This document shows, in pieces, positions 11,861 to 29,032 of a DNA stretch of 64,000 bases (position 1 is the first letter of the stretch; every line of letters starts with the position of its first letter). The notes beneath the pieces are model-generated. The model made no database searches and was not told the DNA's origin. It saw nothing but the letters and a program-made list of their open reading frames with translations. Position numbers and translations under genes: made by a program. Origin of the DNA: Octopus sinensis (lineage: Eukaryota); assembly GCF_006345805.1 (NCBI RefSeq), contig NC_043010.1, positions 55,428,001 to 55,492,000 on the forward strand, in the 5' to 3' direction.

Positions 11861-13000
11861 ATTTTTATCGTTTTCTTTGCTTCTCATGTTCGTACTTATT
11901 ACTTCATTCCTTATTCTTCTTCGTGTTCTTTCTTTTTTTTCTATTATTCGTTACATTTTCTACTTCTTGTCTGAAATATTTTTTTCTTTTTTCGTTTCCT
12001 TCTTTCACTTCTTACTCGTCGTCCTCCTCCTCTTTGCATGTGCTCATTTACTCAATTTATTTTCTTCATCTCTTGTCGAATAATTTCAAAGGTCACTATG
12101 CTAGCTAAAATTTCCATTCCACAAATGGTATGTAGAGAAGTCTCTTTACAAAAACATTTCAAAAATAAATGTTAAAGCCATATCTCACAAAATTATTTAA
12201 AATAAAAATTATCGTACGGAACAAATACGAACATGGAATTATTCTCAACGTACAAAACAAAAACTAAAACGTGATTTTGCGTAAAATTAAGTGGAAACCC
12301 ATTTTTAATTCGCTTTATTTTTTCAGTTTTATTTTGCAGTTTTTCTCTTTATTAAAGTTAAAATAAATTAACATTTCTCTAAAACAAAACAGCAGTGTTT
12401 GAAAAAATAAAAAATGGACATGAAGTACGTAGCAAGCTAATGTTGGTTAGGTTAGTGAGAAAAATTTATCGAAAATTATACATCGAATACTTGTAGTTGT
12501 TTTTAGCCATGCCTCTGTTTATTTTTAAAAGAACTTATCTCCTGTAACTTTCTTTAGGCAACTGAACTACGATTTTGTTTAATTATTGTCTAAAAGATTG
12601 TTCATTGGATCAAGAAATATATTCTTCACACATATATAAAAATACATAGTGTGTAACATGGTTGGGCCTTGGAATTACTGGTGCAATACATGAAGATTTC
12701 TGTACTGTTACTGTCTACAGAATTTGAATTTCATTATCTTAATGAGCGACAGTTTGATAAGAAAGCCGCATAGTGATATCGAATGCGGAAGCTAGAGATT
12801 GAAAAGCAAATTTTCGGTAACTTATTAAAGGTTAAGATAGATTACGATGTGACGTCGGGGTTAATCAAAATATAAAAGCACAGTACACAATTTTAATTTA
12901 TTTTCTTCAAAATGAAAAAGAAATAACAGTTTTTAGTTGCATCAATGTCAATTCGAATGAATTGTTGTAGTCTAGCCATTCCCACACACACATACACATA

Positions 13001-13242
13001 TTGGTTTCAAATGTTTGTACAGGCACAGTAATTTCGGGGGAAGGTGGTAAATCGCTTATATGGACCCCAATACTCAACTGGTCATTATTCGGGGGAAGGT
13101 GGTAAATCGGTTATATGGACCCTAATACTCAACTGGTCCTTATTTTATAGACGCCAAAAGGAAGAAGTACAAAGTCGACCTTGGCGGAATTTAAATTCAG
13201 GACGTAAAAGCGGACGATTTTGCCACTAACCATTGTGGCAGG
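13001..13242 (-). mobile_element. SINE family A with an internal ~51-bp tandem duplication
   Basis: ttcgggggaaggtggtaaatcg-ttatatggaccc-aatactcaactggtc occurs twice, then the reversed core. Confidence 0.75.
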
Positions 13243-13304
13243 CATGGTAAAGATTCGGTCAGGTGACCGTCTTCACATATAGTCCCACTTAACTGACACG
13301 CAAT

Positions 13305-13323
13305 CGATCTATCTATCTATCTG

Positions 13324-13397
<74 letters not shown>

Positions 13398-13398
13398 G

Positions 13399-13497
<99 letters not shown>

Positions 13498-13683
13498 TAT
13501 ATATCACATACATATAAGAGTGATAACAATTAAGTGGACATCCATTATGCTAGAAGCCCACTTAGTGGTCATCCTTCATATATCTATGTAATATAATTTT
13601 TCTGAGTCTTCAGGCTTTACTATATGCTAGACCACTGGTTTTAAATTAATATTAATCAAAATTCATATTCGATTTTTCATCCT

Positions 13684-13738
<55 letters not shown>

Positions 13739-14087
13739 GTGAGTTAGTGGAAATGAACGATATATGGTGGGGAAGATAATTTATCATGTCGTATTATACA
13801 GTCCAGTTACATAACTGATGTTTGTCGATGTGTTAGCATTTTTAGACTTTTTAACTAAAGCTTGTGTAGAAACAAACCCATAACAAAATTTCTCTTTCTT
13901 ACAATCCGACAGTTGGGATCGAACCAAGTACTTCATGACTGTATGACAAATTCTTATACATTCGGTTAATCCAGCAACTATTTCAGGAAACAAATACACA
14001 AATACATAGCAATATTGTGCATAAATATAGATAGGTAGATAGACAGATTGATACATAAATAGATAGATATGTAGATATGTAGATATG

Positions 14088-14163
<76 letters not shown>

Positions 14164-14790
14164 CACGCAAGCACACGATATGACATTTAGACAATCAATC
14201 AAATCCACCTTGCTCTATGCAATCACGCACGCCGTTCTTCCTTCCACAAGGAAACCTACACAAGTACGTATACATAAATTAACTCAGGTACCTACACAAG
14301 TGAAAACGCATGCATACACACTCAACACACAGACACATACACACACACTCACACACATGCCCGCACACACACATACACATGCTTATACCCGAACAGAATA
14401 TCTTGGATGCGTAAGCACATATGGCGCATCGAGCTAACTACAGATGAATCAGAGAGAAGCATCTGCACACACATACTTACGCACATATGATTGCACATTT
14501 ACAGATATTTTCATACATGCCAATGTGCTTATGAATATACATACTTACACGCGCACTGAAACATCTGCTAACAGTGACAGTTGGACATATAAAGAAGAGG
14601 TAGACAAGGGAGTTAAGCTTTAAGTCTTATGTAAATATTTCTCTATCTCTGTCTCTCTCTCTATCTGTTTATATATATATATATATATATACACATACAT
14701 ATGTGTGTGTGTGTGTGTGAGTATACATATACTCATGAGATTATATTTATCTATCTGTTTACAAGACCTCCAAAACCACCTATCTATCTG

Positions 14791-14821
<31 letters not shown>

Positions 14822-14826
14822 GTCTT

Positions 14827-14876
<50 letters not shown>

Positions 14877-15232
14877 ATGCATGAATGTATATATATGTAT
14901 ATATATATATATAGATATGTATATATATCAATCTGTCTGTCTATTTGTTTCCGTGTCTTTCTGTCTATCAACCAATCTATGTATGTGCGTGTGTGGTTGT
15001 ATCTAATATATATATATATATATACATATAGATATACACACACACACACACTCACATATATGATATGTATGTTTTGTATATTATATGTATATGTAGATAT
15101 ACGTATATATATATAAATACATATGTGTATGTATATATATAGATGTAGATATATGTATATATATATACATATGTATGAATATAATATATAAACTTATATT
15201 TATATATATATATATATATGCACATATATATG

Positions 15233-15263
<31 letters not shown>

Positions 15264-15339
15264 TATATTATATATATATGTATGTATATATATATATATG
15301 TATGTATATATATATATATATATATGTGTGTGTCTGTGT

Positions 15340-15375
<36 letters not shown>
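13305..15375. repeat. Cluster of (CTAT)/(GATA)/(TA)/(CA)n microsatellites
   Basis: Seen directly. Confidence 0.9.
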
Positions 15376-15376
<1 letters not shown>

Positions 15377-15479
15377 GGGAGAGAGAAGGTTAAAAGCCTA
15401 GAGCGTTTGTTACTATATTTGCATTGTTGTGTAAACGGACAGTTAAGAAGAGTAGAAACCACTTACGGAGTTAAGTGTC

Positions 15480-16450
15480 GCTGGTGGTGGAGGGTTGGGG
15501 GAGGAATAGCTGTGGTAGTGGTAGTGGTGGTGAGCCATGTGCATGGTGTAGGAGGTGGTATTGGTTCTGATGGTTTGGCTGGTGTTTCGTCAGTATGATC
15601 GTGGTTGTCATAGTGCTGGTGGCTGCGGCAGAGTTTGGCGGCGGTGGCAGAGGCGGTGGTGGTGGTAGTAGTAGTGGTGTTCGTGGTGGTGTTTGTGGCT
15701 GTGGTAGTAGTGGTGGTATTTGTGGCGGCGGTGGGGGAATTTGTGGTGGTGGTGGCGGTGGTGTTGCTGGTTTTGTTGGTATGCCTAAATTTGATCATCG
15801 TATTGAGAGTGTCATTGTTACTTTTGATAGTGATTCTTATATATCGGTATGTGTAGGTGGTGGTGGTGGTGGTCAGGGGATGTTTCTGTTGCAGGTAGTG
15901 CTTTAGTTCTGCCGTGGTTGGTGATGGTTGCCGTCGATGCTTTGGACGGATTTCGTCCTTGGCGTTGTAAATATTGCAATATTGTTTTTATTTTCTTGTA
16001 CAAAGAAGATATGAAAAAATTTAGAAGAACGACGTAGGAGATGAAGAAGAAGATGAAGGAGAAGAAGAAGAAGAGGAGGAGAAAGGTGGAAGAGGGGAGG
16101 GGAAGATTAGATGAGAAGAAGGGTTAGATGAGGAGGAATGGGAGGAGGCGGAAGATAAGGGGAGGTGGAGGAGGACGAGGTTTAGATGGGGAGAAGGAAG
16201 AGAAGGAATAGAGGAGTAGGAGGGGGAGGAGAGAAGAAATAAAAAGAAGGGAAGAAGAAGAAGGATTAGAAGAGGAGGATTAGACGAGGAGGAGGAGGAG
16301 GAGGAGAAGAAGAAGAAGAAGAAGAAGAAGAAGAAGAAGAAGAAGAAGAAGAAGAAGAAGAAGAAGAAGAAGAAGAACAACAACAACAAGAAGAAAAATG
16401 TGAATAAGAATAACAACAATATCAGCAGCAACTGCAACAGCAACAACAAC
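15480..16450. repeat. (GGT)/(GGA)/(GAA)/(CAA)n low-complexity block
   Basis: Seen directly. Confidence 0.9.
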
Positions 16451-17089
16451 TAGATGAACCAGAAGACGGAGAACAAAAGCAAGAAAAACAAGACAACCAT
16501 ATGATTTAGTCGTTCTTTAGTTCGTTACTAGTTTATTATTCGCTTTTAAGGCCAGGTCCATTGTGGACTAAAGCTGGCGTGTATTATTTTATATAATTTA
16601 ACATGAAGGTTTCTCTTTTGAAAACGCTAGGAAAATAGATCGTAAATGCTTAATAACGTTGCCTTAGCTTTTTAAGTGTATATATTTCAACGCTATATGT
16701 CTAGGTGATGTGGAAAGCAGAATTGGGGGTAGAAGGAAGAGTTAATGCCACATTGGAGTGGAGTGGCTTACTTAACTTTTGTATATCGAGGCTAATTCGA
16801 AGGTTTACAGAAGACTTTAGGTGAGTGTATGTCTAGGAATTTAAGATGTTAAATACATCTTAAGAGTCGATTTTTTGCATTTAGCATGTTAGGGCTTATA
16901 ATAAACAAACACTTGGAGCAACAGAATGTGGGCAAGCTGGTATGAAAAGATGCATACATTTATGGCTTTTTTTCTTTTTTTTGGATAAAGGTATATTCAG
17001 ATATATACAAGCATACACATTCACACACAAACACAGATGCATGCGGACACATTCACAAACACAGACAGGTATATTTAGTTATACGCAAA

Positions 17090-20530
<3,441 letters not shown>

Positions 20531-20904
20531 TATCTATATATATATACACATATACGGTGTAACACCAGAATGATTCCGCGTACATATACGGAGGAAAACC
20601 AGCATGGTTTCGAGTAGATACTATAAACACATGAATTCTTGTAATACTACATGTGTTTCATGCTTTTATTTTGTGCACATTTAGCAGTAATATATCTGCA
20701 GTTTTCCTCCCTGCACATTTGCATATGCACATCTTCTATTGATGTATATATACATATATATATATATATCCATATTACATAATTTGTGAATCAGATTTCA
20801 TGGGGTTTTATATAGAGAGATAAAATATTTAACGTCATTAGGCCTATATATGTGAGTGCAGAAAAACCTGCATACGGTCACATGTACATATGTGTGTATG
20901 TATG

Positions 20905-20963
<59 letters not shown>

Positions 20964-21584
20964 ATACATATATACATATTTATATATATGTGCATAAATA
21001 TGTATATATCTACGTATTAATGTATATGCGTTTCAGAGGTAGCTTTTTTCATCTAATTCGATTTGAAATACATTTAATTATATGATTGGAATCCTACATT
21101 TTACTACAGGGACTCTGAGACCCATGTCGAATTTGTTTTGTTTTTGTTTGTATTTTACTTCCACTTTTTTTCTACAATATTCCATATTCAGCATATTGAA
21201 TATTTCTTACATGCTGATATAATTTTCTATTTGCATAAAACGATTCAACATTCTATAACCTCAAGCAGATTTAAGAATTGAAAAAGTCCCTTTAAAAATC
21301 AATCTAATTACGTATACGATTTTCTTCTGTCGTTTGCAATCCTTATAATACCGACTTCTTTTCTTAATAATTATGTCTTGTTATTGATGAATTTATTTAT
21401 GTTGGTTACGTAAGCATAAAGAGAATTTATGAATCTTTCTATCTATCTAACTATTTATCCATCTGACTATCCATACTTACAAATATTCAGATATACATAC
21501 ATACAGACATATATGGAATTGTTCTTGGAATTCTATTTGGAATTCCAATCTTATATGGAATTGTTCTTGGATTTCCATATGTGA

Positions 21585-21890
21585 TTCCAAACTTTTAATT
21601 GTTCTGTTGGACAGGGAACAATATTCATGCTCTGTTGTAGAATTCAGCTACCTAGGATAAAGAGAACAGCTGTGATGAATTTATGCGGAACTTACAGTTC
21701 TTAGATCCAGTCTATGTATTCTCATTTGTACTTCTCATCAAAGGAGCATTAAGTTATGTAATAACGAATTTGGTCAAAGCCTAGAAATACTCGGTTTCAA
21801 GGAAAATGAGCAACAGAAACTGAGTCGTATTCTCCAAATCTAATCTATTAGTGGCACAGTCAAGATCTGTAAGACATTCCAAAACATTCT
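21585..21890 (+). mobile_element. Decayed RLE-type non-LTR retrotransposon C-terminus
   Basis: Frames give IVLLDREQYSCSVVEFSY, FVLLIKGALSYV and LEILGFKENEQQKLSRILQI*SISGTVKICKTF, like PD-(D/E)xK restriction-like endonuclease ends; stops and frameshifts. Confidence 0.55.
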
Positions 21891-22281
21891 CTATCCGAAA
21901 TTCTTATTTGAATAGATGAACACACCCGGGCGTATAATATATCGACAGTTCAGCCAACGCAGAAATTCAACTACACGTTTACACTGGGAAATCTCTTCAC
22001 TGAAAAATTCTTGTCGCTTTGTTAACGATGGGCTTGAACCTCTCAACATGCGCTTGAATTAGACTCAAAAGAAAGATATCCATACATAACACTAACACTT
22101 GCTTTTTATAAACACCGAAATGTGTGTAATAAAATACAAATAAGATGTTAATCAAATTTTGAACGCAGAGACGCCGTTAGTACAGCAGATATATTGAGGG
22201 AACCGATTTGAAAGGGTGATTTATTCAATATTTTCTCGTCTTCTAACCAAAATAAACTATCATCTTATCTATATCTAAATA

Positions 22282-22325
<44 letters not shown>

Positions 22326-22339
22326 ATGTGTGTGTGTGT

Positions 22340-22377
<38 letters not shown>

Positions 22378-23429
22378 TATATATACATCATACATATATA
22401 TATATACGTGATGTGTGTGCGTGTATCTATGCACATGCCCTCTGCAGGATTTGGGGTTAGAATATAAGGAGCAAGAATAAACATCGCAAAAGATTTTTCT
22501 TCTTACACTAGCGATTCTGTGAAGTCACTCCCCTAATAATAAGTGAACGAGACAGTGTATATATATATATATATTATATATATATATATATATATATTAT
22601 GTGCCTGTGTGTGTGTGTGTATGCATACAAATACACGCGTATATGTATATAAAGACAAGCAGAGAAGCATGATCAAAATGACTATTCCTTTACAATATAT
22701 TTCAGCTGTGACGAACATCCGCATCTACTTTCACTATACACAGAGATAAGCTATAATGAGCTTAAGACGATAGATATCCATGACTATGTGTTCAGCTATG
22801 ACAGAATTCAGTGCGACACTCAGTTTAGAAAACCAAAGAACATTAAGTGTTCGTATTTATTGCTTTTTGCTCATCTATATTCGATATATTTAGCGATTAA
22901 GCGATTATTCATTAAATCTGTTCCTCGTCTGATGCAACAGTATAGACGCATTAGATGCTAGATGAAGGTTATTTGCAATTTTGCTAAAATGACCCTTCCG
23001 AAAGTCATGATTTCCATCGTACATCTTCCCACTTTGTCAATATTTTAAACAACTTATAATATGACAGTGGTAAGGAAATTTTAAAAGGAAGTCTAATATT
23101 TTCTAGTGACAAAACTTTTACAGTGCAAAACTGTACAAGAGGTTAGAAAATTGGACATCCCAAATTCTGTTCTTTCTTTTTATATCTTTATTATATATCT
23201 AAACTTTATACTCGAAGATTGCCACCGTTCTTTGAGACAAATGTCCATAAATCCGAGTTTAACTTTTGGTCATAAAAGAATTACTGCTACACGTGGAACC
23301 GGAGAACATAATCATGAATTTCGATAAGCAACTCATAAGGATTCATCGTTTCTTGAGGAAAATTTTACCACTTCTGGTTTTTCAGTTAAAGCAAAACGTT
23401 TCGAATATTTTGATGAAAAAACACTTGAA

Positions 23430-24050
23430 ATTTTGAAGCAAAATCTCGCCGCTTCGTTACTTTTGCATTTTTATCTTGTGATAAACTAATGGATGAATTT
23501 TCATACTTAGTTAATATGCAAGGCATTCATCAAGTATGTCACATAATGCTGCACATTCTTTTGTTTCAGCCTGGTAACTTTGGTCATAGTATCGGGTGCT
23601 ACGTTAGAATTATGCTTTCAATTCAAACCAGAAGATAGAAAATTATTTCTATGACCAATCATTCAGAAATATTGAGAAATAACTCGGACGTTTCGCTTTA
23701 CCGTACCTAAAAAAGAGAATGGTAAGGTATACGTAACAAACAAAAATGGGTGGAATATATTTAGACAAAGATCAATTCGATGAGGTTTAAATTAAGTGTG
23801 GGCATCAAAGACATGAAATACAGCTTCTTATACCAACTTAAGTGGTTGAAAAAACGACAGTTGATTGTTTGGCATGATGTCACTTGCTATCCATGTGTTC
23901 CTCTCGCTAACAAGTGAGGAAAGACAATGTAAAAATGTACTAGCTGTTTTGGTCATTAACTCTGCTTCATGGGATTCGGATAGCATTGCACTATTAGAAA
24001 ACTTTTGGTTATCTTTAGCATTATATGAGTAAGAGTTGTAAAATAGTAAA
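23430..24050 (+). mobile_element. Highly decayed RTE-like LINE remnant
   Basis: Broken motifs such as WHDVTCY (compare WFGHV); weak. Confidence 0.25.
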
Positions 24051-24114
24051 AATACCGATACGTAATGAATCAGGATTATGAGGACAACATTGCTTCTGCA
24101 ATCCAGGGTATAAT

Positions 24115-24310
24115 GTTGGTTTCAAATTATGGCACAAGGTCAATAATCTCGCGGTAGTATGTAAGTTGATTACAGTGTTCAGCTGGTAGTTATTTTATCG
24201 ATTTTGAAACGACGAAAGCAAAATCATCCTCGGTGGAAATTGAACTCAGAACGGAAAAACGGGCGAAATTCCGGTAAGCATTTTTCCAAGTGTGCTGACG
24301 ATTCGTCGCG
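24115..24310 (-). mobile_element. SINE family A
   Basis: ggtttcaaattatggcacaagg...ttttatcgat...gaactcagaacg...gctgacgattcgtc. Confidence 0.7.
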
Positions 24311-24375
24311 ATATGACATTAACAGCGATAAAAAAACAAAGGGTATTCAGCAAGCGGTTGTGTTAGTATAAGAGA

Positions 24376-24743
24376 GGAAGCACTCCGTCGGTTACGACGA
24401 CGAGGGTTCCGGTTGATCCGATCAACGGAACGGCCTGCTCGTGAAATTAACGTGTAAGTGGCTGAGCACTCCACAGAACACAGTTCTCGGAGATATTCAG
24501 CGTAACACAGAGAGTGACAAGGCCGGCCCTTTGAAGAAATACGGTACAACAGAAACAGGAGTAAGAGTGAGGGAAAGTTGTGGTGAAGAGTACAGCAGGG
24601 ATCACCACCATCCCCTGCCGGAGCCACGTGGAGCTTTTAGGTGTTTTCGCTCAATAAACACTCACAACGCCCGGTCTGGGAATCGAAACCGCGATCCTAC
24701 GACCGCGAGTCCGCTGCCCTAACCACTGGGCCATTGCGCCTCC
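24376..24743 (-). mobile_element. tRNA-derived SINE, family B, tail type 1
   Basis: Reverse head ggaggcgcaatggcccagtggttagggcagcggactcgcggtcgtaggatcgcggtttcgattccc (A and B boxes); matches 33053 and 59936. Confidence 0.9.
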
Positions 24744-24806
24744 TGTGTTAGTATATTTCATTATGGAAATAAAATGAAAGGGATAACGAAAGATGTGTTG
24801 AGTAAT

Positions 24807-24952
24807 GCTATTGTCTGACATGCATAATAATGATATTGTCTGTCATGCATAATAAGGATATTGTCTGACATGCATAATAATGATATTGTCTGACATGCAT
24901 AATAATGATATTGTCTGTCATGCATAATAAGGATATTGTCTGTCATGCATAA
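24807..24952. repeat. 25-bp minisatellite, 6 copies
   Basis: gatattgtctg(a/t)catgcataataa(t/g) head to tail with no spacers. Confidence 0.95.
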
Positions 24953-25071
24953 CAAATATGAAGCCAAAATGACAAAATCATGCATAGTATCGTCCTTTAT
25001 AGATTTGCTAAATAGAAGAGTGAAAAGAGTGGAATTAGATAGTAAGTGAGGTTGAGAAATATGGAAGACAG

Positions 25072-25495
25072 CTAAGTGAAGAAAGCTGGCTTTATCCATG
25101 ATGTGGAAGAGAGATTCAAGTAGGTAGTGGCCGCTTCTGATATTCGGACCTTCGAATCATTCAGACCTTCGTGTTTAAAGCTTCTACATCCGTCACATAC
25201 ACCGAAATGGCATCGACACAACCAACTGTTACGGGTATGGTGGATACAGACTGTTGGGTCATTATAATTTAAGTCTGCCATTAGTACGGAAGTTGGAAAT
25301 CGTGGTATAAATTCTAGCAGTGTGTATGTCTCACAACTGTTACTTGAATAGTCTTGGTCACGCATTCATTTGAGCAGTCTTTTATCATCAAAGGGGTTGA
25401 GCCCAACTGGCGGGAAAAAATGCTCTGTGAAACTTTGGGAGTTCTGATGATATCCAGTCCACATATGATGTACAGAATATCTTCGAGCCCGAAGT
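25072..25495 (-). mobile_element. Decayed APE endonuclease fragment, CR1/L2-like
   Basis: VLMADLNY resembles the GDFN motif; upstream FPP-like segment; stops present. Confidence 0.35.
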
Positions 25496-25506
25496 CTGTT
25501 TAATAC

Positions 25507-25537
<31 letters not shown>

Positions 25538-25616
25538 CAAATTTACATTTATCTATCTACATAAATACATACGTACATACATACATACATACATTTACAT
25601 ATACATATATACATAA

Positions 25617-25671
<55 letters not shown>

Positions 25672-25675
<4 letters not shown>

Positions 25676-25980
25676 CTTAGATATGTTTCGACAAAGATTG
25701 GTCCAGGCCATGTCTAACTTAATAGCACCACTTGATAGGATTATTCGAATCCTGTTTAAGTCAAGTTTTGTTTAAGTCAAGTTTTGTTCAAGTAGTGAGT
25801 TCTTGTTGTGTGAGTTCTATCAAGTTTTGTTCAAGTAGTGAGTTCTTGTTGGGTGAGTTGTATCCAATTACGGGTGGCTTATCTGGTATTCTTTGAAGGA
25901 ATATATCCAGACTCCGTTTAAAGTTGATGGGATCCTTTTCCTCTTGATCTCCCTCGGGACAATGTTAAATAGGGCAGGGC
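25672..25980 (-). mobile_element. CR1-like LINE 3' end flanked by (TA)n, with internal tandem duplications
   Basis: GPALFNIVPREIK / DPINFKRSLDIFLQRIPDKPPVIGYNSPNKNSLLE across a frameshift. Confidence 0.6.
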
Positions 25981-26015
25981 CTGTTGATATATATATATAT
26001 ATGAATTATATATTG

Positions 26016-26073
<58 letters not shown>

Positions 26074-26250
26074 ATATATATATGAATTCTATAATTATGA
26101 GCATAATTATAATTAGCGTTTAGCAAAATTTGCTTCACCACTTACCGAAATTTAGAAAAAGCAGTTAAAATATTATTCTACTAATATAAGATATCTCCCA
26201 GATATTATTGATAATATATATATATTCTCTCTTTCTTTCATTCTGTGTTT

Positions 26251-26286
26251 CTTTCTGAGGAAGAGCGTAGGCTCGAAACGTAAAAC
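26251..26286 (+). ncRNA. Minimal type I hammerhead ribozyme motif in a (TA)n-tailed element (~26240-26385)
   Basis: uuu-CUGAGGA-A-GAGC(GUAG)GCUC-GAAA-C-GUA-aaa; intact core, palindromic ACGU stem III, only 3-bp stem I. Confidence 0.65.
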
Positions 26287-26966
26287 GCTTTTTCAATTCC
26301 TGAGCGCTATGCTAATACATCTGTTTGTTTTCAATACCACCTGTTTTCGTCTTTTGTTTTTTTTAGTGAATTCTCCCTATATATATATGTATATATATAT
26401 ACGTACATGCATGCATGTATGTATGAGTGTTTGCGTGTATATATATGATAATATCCAATAATGGGTATATTTGATGTGGAAAACCTGAATGCACATTATT
26501 ACACTGATGGACATCATATATATATTTCGTTTTGTCTGTCGTCACAAGACGTGAATTTAGATATCGGTTTCCTAATCTACTATGAATAGTTTGCACATTA
26601 TCTGAAACTTCTGTCTGCTGTATATTGACGTTCTGTAATTTATATCTTATCCTATTTGAAGACGACGAAGAAGACTAAGTCTACGACACGGATTTATGAA
26701 CGACCAGAATTCACACACACACACACATACTTGTGTATACGCACATTAATACTTACAGGTACGCGAGATAAAGATACCGAAATCCTTATCGAACTCCTAC
26801 ACAAAGAACAATCTGGAATGCCAGCTGTGTGTATAAATTAATGTATGTGATATAATAAATACTCTATATCACAATATTAGATAATATAAATATTATATAT
26901 TTCTACATTTATATCATAAATATCTATCTTTATACGTATAAATGTATAGGTCTGTGCGTGTACTTA

Positions 26967-27004
<38 letters not shown>

Positions 27005-27046
27005 TATATATATATATACATATATGTATATATATATCTACATATA

Positions 27047-27210
27047 GACGCAGGAGTGGCTGTGTAGTAAGTAGCTTGCTTACCAACCACATGGTTCCGG
27101 GTTCAGTCCCACTGCGTGGCACCTTGGGCAAGTGTCTTCTACTATATTCTCGGGCCGACCAAAGCCTTGTGAGTGGATTTGGTAGGCGGAAACTGAAAGA
27201 AGCCCGTCGT
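27047..27210 (+). mobile_element. SINE family C (CORE-like)
   Basis: gcaggagtggctgtgtagtaag...ttccgggttcagtcccactgcgtggcaccttgggcaagtgtcttc. Confidence 0.85.
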
Positions 27211-27243
27211 GTATATGTATATATATATAAGTATATATATTTG

Positions 27244-27274
<31 letters not shown>

Positions 27275-27289
27275 ATGTATATAAATTTA

Positions 27290-27630
27290 TCCGCCATGCT
27301 ATCAGGTGTGGGAGTTACATCAATTCGTCTTGTGGCTCTTTTGCATCCATTAAGTAAGTCCATTTCTTATCTTACGTCAGAATTTCCTGGCATTTCTTTC
27401 TATCCCTTTAACCAGCTTATTTCTATGTGTGCAGGTGTTTGTAATCTCGAGTGATGTCGGAAATCTTAACCTATCCTCTCCACTTCATGTTCTGAAGAAT
27501 ATTTCCTATGGCTTCTCATCGTCTAACATGTAAATTTTATTGCTCTTGCAGCAATGTATCTTCTCAGAATTTGTCTCCCAATTCACATTTCTGGACCTTT
27601 GTAGTTGATCAGCTGCCCAGGATCTTGACA
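27290..27630 (-). mobile_element. Highly decayed RTE-like LINE 3' region
   Basis: Broken similarity to the RTE C-terminus; weak. Confidence 0.25.
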
Positions 27631-28207
27631 CGTAATTAATGACTTATTGACCGTTACATTCAAGGACCGGCTGCTCTGCATGCCATTCAATACATGTCAT
27701 CTATTCATTTTATTCGTCATATACGTCGATGACATATTCATCCCCATAGTCATCCATGCTCTCACAGCTACTACTGTTGCTACCACCGCTACAGCTATAA
27801 TTCTGGAAATTCAGCAACGCCGAACAATAACCCTGAACACTCAAGCTACAGTGGAGCCCTCCGTTTCTTCGATTTCTAACTGAACATCATTGAGGGTGGC
27901 GAAATCAAGCTGATTTCTGTCAGACTGCCTTTACCGTCAAGGCTATCAACAGAGAAGTCGTTACACGTTTTGTACGTCCGGGAACGTTCTTTTGCAAATA
28001 CCTTTATAAGCAGACCTAATCCTACCATTATTCATGAACATTGAGTAAATGGCTGGAGACATATGTAAAAACACCGTCTACAATGTACGCAAAATGGAGA
28101 TCGATATAGGCAGCACAAATTTGCGTCTACACATCGGTTTTGAATAGTGCTTGACGTCTACACCTTCCTTCTGGAATGATGCTTCATAATCCTTTCTACT
28201 AACGACC

Positions 28208-28290
28208 CAAGACCTGAAATTTGTGGGAAGGGATATAGTCGACTACATCGACTCAGTGTTTCAATGGTACTTAATTTATCAACCCCGAAG
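28208..28290 (-). mobile_element. SINE family A, 3' fragment
   Basis: tagtcgactacatcgactcagtgtttcaatggtacttaatttatcaacccc, cut by (TA)n. Confidence 0.6.
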
Positions 28291-28296
28291 AGAGTG

Positions 28297-28364
<68 letters not shown>

Positions 28365-28679
28365 TATATATATATATATATATATATATACCCAAAATAG
28401 AACGAGAACACAACAGATGACAATATAATATCCAGACAGATAGACGATACATAGATGGACAGGAAAAAACAAGGAGGGACCATTCGTAACTTTCTCTCAT
28501 CAGTCAAGTATCTAAACCATGCTTACAGTTTCGACTGGTTACTCATGAGACTTTTCAGTTCTGACTGGCCCAAAAAATTTAAGTTAAGCACCTTAAACAT
28601 TTTAAGAGAAAGTAAGCGAATGTGTACGACAAAGACCAAAAAGCGGTGAAAATGTTATCGACTATATATATATATATAT

Positions 28680-28964
28680 ATCACCGTGATCTCCGTGACC
28701 GACCAGGCTATCAGATATTGCTACACATCGCTGGTCACAAATGACGCAACCCCACTGGCTAAGCGAGCAGGCCAACAGAAGAAAGAGTGAGATAAAATTG
28801 TGGCGAAAGAGTACAGCAGGGATTTGCCACCACTCCCTGCTGGAGCCTCATGGAGTTTTAGGTGTTTTCGTTCAATAAACACTCACAACGCCCGGTCTGG
28901 GAATCGAAACCGCGATCCTACGACCGCGAGTCCGCTACCCTAACCACTGGGCCATTGCACCTCC
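28680..28964 (-). mobile_element. SINE family B, tail type 3, ending at (TA)n
   Basis: Family B head and body, then ctgttggcctgctcgcttagccagtggg...gtgaccagcgatgtgtagcaatatctgatagcctggtcggtcac. Confidence 0.85.
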
Positions 28965-28989
28965 ACACATACACACATACACACACACA

Positions 28990-29032
<43 letters not shown>

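Noticed and set aside
13540-13690. Repeat shared with ~55490-55600 (atgctagaccactggt), with CUGAAGA...GAAA on the minus strand
   Set aside because: No stem II, stem III or cleavage triplet can be paired
16705-16820. Open 116-nt segment ending in TAG|gtgagt
   Set aside because: Weak acceptor and not in phase with the other candidates
20545-20700. TA-anchored element with GAAA-CACAU-GUA on the minus strand
   Set aside because: Core reads CUGCUAA and stem I does not pair; too decayed to call
24807-24952. CRISPR-like array
   Set aside because: Contiguous units with no spacers, in eukaryotic DNA
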